Shown in pieces: positions 10,703 to 21,100 of a stretch of DNA of 64,000 bases. A program made the position numbers and the translations under genes. Every line of letters begins with the position of its first letter. The stretch's first letter is position 1. Source of the stretch: Epithemia pelagica (lineage: Eukaryota; Protista; Bacillariophyta). The stretch covers positions 620,001 through 684,000 of the forward strand of contig OX337242.1 of NCBI GenBank assembly GCA_946965045.2, in the 5' to 3' direction. The notes beneath the pieces were generated by a model, which saw nothing but the letters and a program-made list of their open reading frames with translations, did not search any database and was not told the DNA's origin.

Positions 10703-11938
10703 TTACTTTGCTTCTCCTTTTGCTTTTGCTTCTCCTTTTTCCTTTGCTTTTGCTGTTTCTTCTTCTTCTTTCGTTGGCGCAAACAATACACGACGAATCC
10801 TTTTAAAACGCTTGCCAGTTTTACCCGTTTCTTCTTCTTCTTCTGGATCTGTAATTTCTTGCTTTTCTTTTTCCAGTCCATTTTTGAATCCTACCGTACG
10901 ATGCCTCATGTAGTAGTCGGGATCAATGCGGAGACTTTTCCGTCGTTCCTCGGACAGGTGGAGGGCCGTTTGTTGGCGTTCCGATTGGTCCATGGACGTG
11001 GCTCCCGACAAATCTTGGTACTTATCGGACCAGTCTTTGAATTTCTTTTTAATGTCAATGTGTGGGATCAAGACGGGCCATCCAGGATACTGCGTAAACT
11101 CGTCCCACAGCTTGTTGTAAAAGTACGTGGCATTGTCACGGGGCAAGGAGCCGTACTTGTGGGGAAATCGTTGTTGCAAGAGTGTAAAGGCTGACAAGAT
11201 CTTGGCCGGGATGGGAGAGTCACAGGACTCTTGCATGGCGTGGAAGGAAGCTTGATGAGTCTTGAGATCGGTACCCTCGACATGCAAATCCTGTTCTTCA
11301 TCGAGTGTCGTCGTTGTTGTTGTTGTCGTTTCGGATTCATCGGGGTGGTCCTGCTTGGTTCGGTTCATCTTGTTCTTGTTTCGGGTGGCATTGGTGGGAA
11401 TCTCGTGTTCCTCCTTGCTTCGTGCCCGATCAAACCACTGTTGTTCAAAGGTCACTTGCAAATGAATTTTTTCCAACGCCTTGACGGCCGCCATGTGCAT
11501 ATCCGTTTTGGATTGATAGCCCGTGTACTTGCCCAGCGTGGTGAGCATGGTGGCAATGGCTCCCAACACTCCAATGGACACGGCCAAGGCCCGTCGGGGT
11601 TCATTGTCAAAATTGTATTCGCCCGTTTCGGAGGAGGCCTCGACGCGACCGGTACTGAGAAAGCCCAAAATGGTGGTGACGGTCGACACAATGGTCAGGG
11701 ACAAAAAGAGGAGCCAAAAGGCTCGAAAGCCGTAGTACTGTTTGGCGAGTTTGTGCATAATCAAGGTCCGTTCAAACAACTAGGAAATCTTTTTGTACTC
11801 GTAGGCAATTACATCAATCTTGGTAAAGTCGGCCATGGCCTGCTTGACAATTTCCCGACGGCTCTTGACGCTCTGAATGTCCTCATTGCTTAACAAGGAA
11901 GCAGTGCTTTCTGGAACTGGATGGGGTTCAGCAAACAT
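10703..11938 (-). pseudogene. SLATT-like two-TM protein with an in-frame TAG at codon 53
   Basis: ATG at 11938 reads MFAEPHP...AYEYKKIS*(11782-11780)LFERTLIMHKLAKQYY, then TM1, TM2 and YQSKTDMHMAAVKALEK, in one frame to TAA at 10705-10703. The H..A..YY / 2TM / K...H..A layout is SLATT-like. Confidence 0.6.
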
Positions 11939-12481
11939 GATTCAATCGGTCAACGACCACGACGACGATGCAATCCAAATCCAAAAATCATGACATGGAT
12001 GCACCACAACAGAGCCTCCGAGCTCGACAGTCGCTCGTTTCAAAAAAAGCACACCAAGCCATTCTTCTTTGATTGTTAGTCGAGCAAAGAGCATTTCCAT
12101 GGTTCTTTGTTTGTTTGTTTATTTTTTGTTTGTTTGGATGTACGTCTCTCCATAAAAAATACAAGCGCCCTGTTCCAAGATTTTTTGTCGTTCCAACCAT
12201 TGTATTAGTACGCATTACGCACTTTGTGTCTCTTCACAAGGACACTCAAGATTTATGGCGGGTTCTGGGGTGAGAACAGGAGGACACACCAGATTTATGG
12301 GTTGCGTGAAGAACGGCCCTTGTCGCTCGACTAAATTTGCCGCCCTGCGCGTCAACGAAGCCCATACCTACAAAAGTGTGAGTGACGTTGGTACAATTTG
12401 CGACAGTATGATGGACTATATTCTACAGAGTACTATCGATGTTCGATTCTTCCAAACTGTATTTGAAAAAAGACTTGGACC

Positions 12482-13090
12482 ATGAAGGTCTCATCGTTGG
12501 TTGCACCGGCAGCTCTCGGTTCGGTCCTCCTGTTCATCGTTACCGCTCCATGGCGTACCGAGGCATGGTGTCATTTGAATTCCACGGCATGGTGGTCGCT
12601 GCCACCATCCCAACGTCCAAGATCCAGACTCTCTTTGCTTTCGAGTGATTACTTGGAAAACGATTTGGTGGCCATTGTGGTACCATCCTCCTCCCTGGAT
12701 GACGACGACGACAACGAGTCGTCCAAGGACGAGAACAAGCACAAACAGGGTCGTCTTTGTGCCGTCACACCGGAGGGAGGTGTCGTACCGTTGTGTCACC
12801 GCTTGGACGATGTCGAAACAGATTTGTTGGCCGATCCCCGGGAATTTGCCAATCCGTGGTATCGGCACGAGGTTTCCGATGAGCACGTGTGTGGAACCTA
12901 TGAGGAAGGTTTTTATGGACAACGACCCGTGCCTAGTTTGGGCGGGGGACCGGGCTATGGAGCCCAAGCCGATGAAGTTTGGAGTGTCGACCAAGCCGTC
13001 ATGGAAGCGGTCGCTGCGGATGGAGTGTGGTTGCCCGAAGTGGACATGGGCATTGCCCATGGCGAAAAGGCTCGAGCGGGTACCTTTTGA
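12482..13090 (+). CDS. Hypothetical protein with a probable signal or bipartite plastid presequence
   Basis: 202-aa ATG ORF. Hydrophobic N-terminus ending TEA-W, then a Ser/Arg-rich stretch. Globular-looking C-terminus PVPSLGGGPGYGA...HGEKAR. Confidence 0.7.
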   Translation: MKVSSLVAPAALGSVLLFIVTAPWRTEAWCHLNSTAWWSLPPSQRPRSRLSLLSSDYLENDLVAIVVPSSSLDDDDDNESSKDENKHKQGRLCAVTPEGGVVPLCHRLDDVETDLLADPREFANPWYRHEVSDEHVCGTYEEGFYGQRPVPSLGGGPGYGAQADEVWSVDQAVMEAVAADGVWLPEVDMGIAHGEKARAGTF

Positions 13091-13666
13091 ACAAGAAGGC
13101 GACCCGTGTCGACTTGCTGGATTGGTTGGTTTGAGTACAACTACTGATGGGATTGCCAAACGATACCAGAACGGAACCCTCGTACCAACCAAGTGTGTAA
13201 TGCACTATTGACATTCAGCACCCCAACGAGGACACTGGAGGATGGATGGAGGGCAGGAACACACACAAGTCTTGTACTCCTCCCACGGTAGCTGCTGCGT
13301 TTGGCCGCAGGACTCGGAGATGGACGAACCAACAAGGTTGGTTACCGTCTTTTGTTGGTCAATGCTCTATATCTGTTGCAAGTGGAAACAAGGATTGGTT
13401 GGTTGTAAGTGGAAACAAGGATTGGTTGGTTGGTCATCGAACGCGTCGTTTTGTGGTAAAACTATCTCTAAGTATTAGAGAATCCAGTTCCTATTGCTCT
13501 TATTGTACTTTGTACCTGTGTGCGATTTGGAATGGATCGTGTGGATGGTCCAAAAAAGCAAACAGCGGCTGGTCAAACCAATGGGGATTGGAGTGTCATC
13601 CCGAAATGTCTAGAAATGTATACGTATGTTGGTTGTCGCTGCTGCTGTGAGTGGATGTAATGGAAA

Positions 13667-14680
13667 TTAGGATTCGGCCGCCTCGGTTGGTTCTTTTTCC
13701 ACTGTGGAGGTATACGGCGGTCCCAATTTGGAGGCTGCCGCCTCATCCAACATCCATGTCGCTCGGGCTCGCAATCCGACCGCCGGAAAGGACGTTAGCG
13801 TTTCCTTGGGATTGGCAATGGCTCGTTGCATACCGGCCGATTTGCCCTGCGGATACTTGTCCGACACCCCACAGGCCGCCACCACGACTTGCTTGGCATG
13901 GGCCATGACGGGCAAGGACAGGGTAATACTCGGTGGTGTTTTCATGTCCACCGACAAGACCCAGGGAATACTATCTTCGGAAGTTGCATCGGATCCCACC
14001 AAGACTTCGTCGCGATTGGGATACAAGGAACCGACATGACCATCGTCTCCGACGCCAATCAAGGCCAAATCAAACAGGGGCAATCCCGTTGCGGTGCGTG
14101 GCAAAATGTCGGTCGACACGGCTTGCAATTTGGTGTGATACGAGGCGGCTTCGGCCGGTCCATTGTCGGTTCCATCTAGTAAAATCGTGGTGCAATCCTT
14201 CCAGTCGTGCAAAAACAAACTAGTGGCCTTGGCATGCGTCGCTTGGACGGCATCGTCCATGGCGACACACTTGTGATTGACATAGGCCAAGGTCGTGTGC
14301 GTCGTCCAATCCGCATCGTCATTGCCCCCCGTACCGACCAACATTTTCAAAATGGATCCCCCGGGAATGGCCAGGGCAAAGTGACCCCGGTCTTTCAGGG
14401 CTTGACGAGCCGCGGTACGAACCACGTCCCGGACGGCGGCCCCCACATCCTCGGCCGTCGCATACAGTTGCACCGCGTCCACCGGAGCCGGTGGCGTTGT
14501 CATTTCGGCCGTGGTCGAATCGGTACCGGCTTCTTGGAGCAGAACGCTTCTTGTGCCACGGCGGGCAAAACGACCCACACCACCACTCAGGGCAAAGGCA
14601 CTCACTCCTCCTGTGCTCGTGGTGGATGTGGTGATTGATACGTAGATCCAGGCGAGTAGGAATCCAAACAAGCTTGTCAT
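13667..14680 (-). CDS. PGL: 6-phosphogluconolactonase, predicted plastid-targeted
   Basis: Motifs FALAIPGGS, DLALIGVGDDGHVGSLYP and ITLSLPV. Presequence MTSLFGFLLAWIYVS...VSA-FAL is ASAFAP-like, starting at ATG 14680. Confidence 0.9.
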   Translation of the reverse strand: MTSLFGFLLAWIYVSITTSTTSTGGVSAFALSGGVGRFARRGTRSVLLQEAGTDSTTAEMTTPPAPVDAVQLYATAEDVGAAVRDVVRTAARQALKDRGHFALAIPGGSILKMLVGTGGNDDADWTTHTTLAYVNHKCVAMDDAVQATHAKATSLFLHDWKDCTTILLDGTDNGPAEAASYHTKLQAVSTDILPRTATGLPLFDLALIGVGDDGHVGSLYPNRDEVLVGSDATSEDSIPWVLSVDMKTPPSITLSLPVMAHAKQVVVAACGVSDKYPQGKSAGMQRAIANPKETLTSFPAVGLRARATWMLDEAAASKLGPPYTSTVEKEPTEAAES

Positions 14681-15175
14681 GGTTGCAACACCAACCAAAG
14701 GAGTATACGTTGAAGAAAGATTCGACTGCTAGTGACGTGTACAACGGAGCGTGAGTAAAATATGTGTACATCAAAATATATAGTAAAAGAAAGAGAGACG
14801 CGCGGTTGTTTCAAAGAGTCCCACCGAGCTCCAAGACCGTTGGGGAAATGACTCGTCCGGTCCCAACAGGACTTCTTGGGGCTCGACCGCTCACAAAACC
14901 CTGAAAAAGAACCTGTGAGGCTTTGTCTCTCGTTGTAGACACTTTTTGCCACAAACCGACCAAACCAAAGAAGTCTTGGCAGGTCAAATCCTCCATTTTG
15001 TATCTCTTTTCTGTGTGTGTCGTCTTGGACTCAGGTGGATTGATTTTGGATGGAGTAGACTCTTTCTACCAACCAAAGAGGAGAGAGACAGAGAAAGAAG
15101 GACAAGTTCTCACAAACAGAAGAAGGCGAAGAATCCAGGGAACTCCTTTGTGCTCTTGTTGTTCTCGTAGATTGA

Positions 15176-18100
15176 TTGGATACCCTACGAGACAAGACAA
15201 TGAACGAATCCGCGTCGGCCAACATTGCGCTGGTCGCCAGTCCTACAAGCAACAACACTGCGTCGACCACCACGACACCAAAGGAGGATGCCACACACAA
15301 CAACGACAAAGATGCGACCCCGGCAATCCTCATGGATCCCGTCAAACCCGTTCTCCCAAAGGAGGAGCCAGAGGATCCGACAACCCTCAAGGCTACAGTG
15401 TCTCCCGAGACGAAGGATGCAGAGACCACGGACGTGAACCAACAACCACCACAACAAGAACAACAACAAGAACAACAAGCAACACCATCTGCTCCGCCAC
15501 AGGAGAGCCTCTCATCCTCGTCGGTTCCGACAACGGTTGACGAATCCCAACAGGAAACGGCAGTGGTGGCTTTATCGGTCAATGGAGAAGGAGCAACAAC
15601 TGCATCAGCAATAGCAGAACACCAACAAGACGAGACCAAGGCCTCGTCGTCGTCCTCCTCCTTGGAGGGAGCATCCACAACCACCACCACCACAACCACG
15701 GAACCGTTACTTACGGCGGCCGCATCTACAGACAGCGATGCCACGACCATGGCACAAGCACAAGCACAAGCACAAGCACAAGCACAAGCACAAGCACAAG
15801 CACAAGCACAAGCACAAGAACAATCGCAAGAACAACAAGAACAACATTCAGAACCGGACAACAACAACACTCAGACTACAACAACTACTTCTGCAACATC
15901 GACCACAGAGCCAGAGGCACAACCACCACAGAATGACTCGACCAACCAACAACCACCGCCACTACCATCAACCACAACACCGGCAGCAACGACCGATGCC
16001 GTCGAGGAGACTGCCAATCTGGACAGCAAGGACGACGTAGAAACTGTTCAGAAATCCTCCACAATCCAGGACGATGCAGTGGAGGAGGCAGCACCTGTGG
16101 CAACGACCGATGCAGTCGAGGAGTCTCCCAATCTGGACAACAAGGACGACGAAGAAACTGTTCCGGAATCCTCCACAATACAGGACGATGCAGTGGAGGA
16201 GGCAGTACCTGCAGCAACGACCGATGTTGTTGAAGAGACTTCCAATCTCAACAACAAGGACGACGCAGAAACTGTTCCGGAATCTCCAGTTCAGAACCAA
16301 ACAGCGGAGGAGGAAACACCTGCAGCAATGACCGATGCAGTCAAGGAGTCTCCTAATCTGGACAACAAGGACGACGCGGACATGGCTCAGGAATCCTCCA
16401 CAATCCAGAACCAAGCAGTGGGGGAGGAAGCACCTGCAGCAACGACCAATGTTGTTGAGGAGACTTCCAATCTGGATAAGGACGACGCTGAAATTGTTCA
16501 GGAGCCTCCAGTTCAGAACCAAGCAGTGGAGGAGGAAACACCTGCAGCACCGACGGATGATGTTGAGGAGACTCCCAGTCTGGATAAGGACGACGCAGAA
16601 ATTGTACAGGAGCCTCCAGTTCAGAACGAAGCAGTGGAGGAGGAAACACCTGCAGCAATGACCGATGCAGTCGAGCAGACTTCCAATCTGGATAAGGACG
16701 ACGCACAAATTGTTCAGGAATCCTCAACAATCCAGGACGATGCAGCGGAGGAGGAAGCACCTGCAGCAACGACCGATGTAGTCGAGCAGACTCCGAGTCT
16801 GGATAAGGACGACGCAGAGATTGCACAGGAATCCTCAACAATCCAGGACGATTCAGTGAAGGAGGAAGCTCCTGCAGCAACGACCGATGTCGTCGAGGAG
16901 ACTCCCAGTGTATCGAAAGAGGAGAACGCGGACATGGTTCAGGAATCCTCAACCCAGGACCAAACAGTCGAGGAGGACACACCGGCGGCAACGACCGATG
17001 CAGTCGAGGAGACTGTCTGTCTTGACAAGGACACGGAAGATGCACAAGAAGCCCAGGAAATTGTGTCAAACACGAATGAGGAGAACGAGGCTTTCACAAC
17101 TCAAGAACCGGTCGAAGAAGGCCACAATGTCTCGAACCCACCAATCGAAACCGATACAAACCAGGATGCTACAGACGATACTCTGGTGGCCGAGACACCA
17201 GACTCTCTTGTTGAGAACAAGACAGTCAACACGAAAGAAGAGTCTCCTACCATGAGTGATGCGCAAGAGGAGGAAACGACAGCCATCTCACCAACTGCTG
17301 CCGAGAGTGCGGAGGAGCCAGTGGCGCCCTCAACCGAAACACAACTCGCTTCGAATCAGAATGACTCAGAGCAATCGACCACGCAAGAGGCTACAGGAAT
17401 TTCTGGCGATCCACAAGCGACGGTTGAGGAATCCAATGGTATGGATGATTCACCTTCCGACATGGATTCACCCGAAACTGCTACAGAAGAAGCATTGAAT
17501 GGAGACGGTTCTCAACCTGCCTCTTCATCGGATGCTCTTCCAGAGCCAAACGCTCAAGAAGAAAGCGCGAACGAAACATCCCAGTCTCCTGGCGGAGCTT
17601 CGGACGCTGCCAAGGAGGACCCCACACCAGAGGACCAAGTACTCCCTAAACCTGTCGAAGAGGAAACTGCAGGTAAAGACACACCTCTTGCCGAGAGTGA
17701 TGTCCAAGCAACAAATAAAGTGGACCATGCCATCGCGCCCACAGATACTGCAACGACCACTTCGAGCCAGGAACCAGTCGATCAAACGGACGAGGGTGAC
17801 GGTTGTGTGGACCATAATGAACCCATTGCGGTCGAAATAACTACATCGAATGAGACGGAAGGGTCTGTCTCAAAGACCGTAGACACTGGGGTACAAAACC
17901 AAGAGTCAGTAGAAGAGTCCACAGTGGGGGAGGTACCAAAATCGGATGAAACCGAGCCGGAGAAAGGCGAAACTCTGTCCAACACAGAGGCACAAGAAGT
18001 CGACGGGTTAACAACGGATACTCAAGGGGAAAGTCCGAGTGCAACAAAGCATCCAAGCTCTACCGCTGATAACGATACCAAGACCGAAACTACAGACACA

Positions 18101-21100
18101 TTGTCAAGAGACGAATCAAATGACGACAGCTCTCTGCTTGATGCTCCCTCCAGTGAACAAGAAGCCACGACGGATTCTGCATCTACTACAGCTGATCAAG
18201 CAGTTCAGCAGGAAGCGAATGATGCAGAATTGGTGGATTCGAATGCCGTCACAATGCAAAACAATGAAGTATGTGAATCGACGGATAAGGACGAGAACGA
18301 AATCAATGTGTCCAAGGAAGACTGTATTGACAGCAAGAAAGATTCTCTGTCAATGCTTCAGAACACCGAAAAGACTGGGACTGGCGAAGAAATCGAACTG
18401 CCAGCACCAGTCCCCGATGTGGTCTGTTCACCTGCCATAGCCGCAGAAGCATCATCCAGTCAAGAGCCCACTCCAACTCAAGAAGTCATGAGAAATAGCA
18501 TGGAAGCAGTAGGAGATACAACAAGTGAACCTAAAAGTTCGTCGGACGAAGTCGATCGCTCAACCGTTGAGAATACAGCGCCGTCGGAACCAGCACAAGA
18601 TGTGATGCAATCGAGCAGTGAACCCGTTTCACCAAGTGAAACGCCCGCGGAAGCATCAAAAGATGACGAAGGATCTTCTGAGGCAAACAATGATACGATT
18701 GCAGTTGCAGAACCCCTGTCGAGTCAACCATCAGCAGAGAGCACCACCGAAGGTTCTGAAGCGACCTCAAACAAAAAATCCGGAGTTTCAGACACGATCA
18801 AAACAATAGATGATTCTCAAGTGACAACCGAGGACACTCAAGAGACCCCGACCACCGCGGATGGTCTCCTTGTGCTTTTGTCTTTGCAGTCCTTTGATCG
18901 TGAGGTTGTCGCGAACCAACAGATGACAACGACAGTGTTAGACAACAACGGGGTTAAATATGACACACTTGACGGAGCAAACGCTGACAATCGAACGAGG
19001 AGAAACGAGCTCTTTGGTATCTCCGGTATTCGAGCCAAATACCCACAATTCTTCCTTGTCAAAGGCAACAGTACTACTTACTGGGGGGACTGGGAGAAAT
19101 TCCAGATGGCAAATGATTCGCGAACCATTGTCGATGAGTTTATGAAACCATTCGAAAAATCATCTCCAACAACCAGTGATGCAGAACCAACAGCAGATAG
19201 AGCGATCCCAGATGAGCAAGGTGCACTTATTGAAGACACCTCATCACTAGAAATTGCGGAGAAACACCTTCTTATACTCATGTCATTACGCTCTTTTGAT
19301 CGCGACGTGGTATCCAATCAGAAACAAACGATTGCAGCCCTGGACGGAAATGGAGTTAAATACAAAATCGTGGATGGCGCTGACCCTGACAACCGACCAA
19401 AGAGAAACGAGCTCTTTGAGCTTTCGGGGATAAGAGCAAAATATCCGCAATTCTTCACTGTCGAGAGTGACAAGACCACAAAATTCTGGGGAGACTGGGA
19501 AAAGTTTCAGATGGCGAATGAGAACGGAGCCATAAGCGACATTCTGAATAGGCTTGGAACTGGGGATATGTCTCAGCGTGACGACGGTGTTTCAAAGACT
19601 TCAGTGCCCACGGCAGGAACAGCAGTTGTGGCGGATTTGTCCGCAGTCGAAATTGAAGGGAGACATCTTTTGGTTTTGGTTTCACTGCAGTCGTTCGATC
19701 GCAAGGTGGTTGCGAACCAACAACAGGTTATTTCAGTGCTCAACGCAAATAAGGTTACCTACAAAACCTTGGATGGTGCAAATCAGGAATTCAAAACAAG
19801 AAGAAACGAGCTATTTGAGATCTCTGGTATCCGAGCGAAATATCCACAGTTCTTTACGATTGAGAACGATAGAACGACCTTTTGGGGTGACTTTGAAAAG
19901 TTCCAGCTTACCAATGATAGCGGTAAGATTGTTGAAGAATTCAGTGAACCTGCCGCAGTTCAGTCCACGGCTCCAGATACACAGCCGAAGCCGAGCGAGG
20001 AACCACAAGATGAATCTGAAGCACCATCTTCAGTTGTAGTAGACAGTTCATCATTGGAGCTTGAGGGACGTCACCTTCTCGTTCTCATTTCGTTGCAGTC
20101 TTTCGATCGCGAAGTGGTTGCAAACCAACAACAAGTCATATCAGTATTGGACGCCAACAGTATCAAATACAAAACACTGGATGGAGCCAACCAGGACTAC
20201 ATAGCACGAAGAAATGAGCTCTTTGAGACATCTGGTATTCGTGCCAAGTATCCGCAGTTCTTTATGGTGGAAAGCGATAAATCGACCACATTTTGGGGCG
20301 ATTTTGAAAAGTTCCAGATAACTAACGACAGGGGCGACATTGTCAACGAATTCAGCGAGCCCCTTCCTGTAGAGTCATCCCCGCCATCAACGCAGTCGAC
20401 CGAGCAGCCACAACAGGAGCCGGAAGAACCTACTGCGATTGTCGACAGCTCATCGTTGGAAATTGAGGGACGTCACCTTCTCGTTCTTATTTCGTTGCAG
20501 TCTTTCGATCGTGAGGTGGTTGCGAACCAGCAACAGGTCATATCAGCATTGGATGCCAACAGTATCAAGTATAAAACACTGGATGGAGCCAACCAGGACT
20601 ACAAAGCACGAAGAAATGAGCTCTTTGAGATATCTGGTATCCGAGCCAAGTATCCGCAGTTCTTTATGGTGGAAAGCGATAAATCGACCACATTCTGGGG
20701 CGATTTTGAAAAGTTCCAGATTACCAATGATAGCGGCGACATGGTCAAAGAATTCAGCAAGCCCCTTCCCGTAGAGTCATCCCCGCCATCAACGCAGTCG
20801 ACCGAGCAGCCACAACAGGAGTCGGAAGCACCTACTGCGATTGTCGATAGCTCATCGTTGGAAATTGAAGGACGTCACCTTCTCGTTCTCATTTCACTAC
20901 AATCATTCGACCGAGAAGTTGTTGCGAATCAACAACAGGTGATATCAGTATTGGACGCCAACAGTGTCAAATATAAAACACTGGATGGTGCAAACCAAGA
21001 CTTCAAAGCAAGGCGAAACGAGCTTTTTGAGATCTCTGGTATCCGTGCCAAGTATCCGCAGTTCTTTATGGTGGAAAGCGATAAATCGACCACATTCTGG

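Noticed and set aside
7973-11938. DGQHR plus SLATT-like neighbours read as a transferred prokaryotic defence operon
   Set aside because: The DGQHR gene has an intron and a targeting peptide, the genes are about 1 kb apart, and no nucleotide-signal synthase is nearby. Adjacency alone is insufficient.
13380-13433. 27-bp tandem duplication between convergent genes
   Set aside because: Only two copies, consistent with ordinary slippage.
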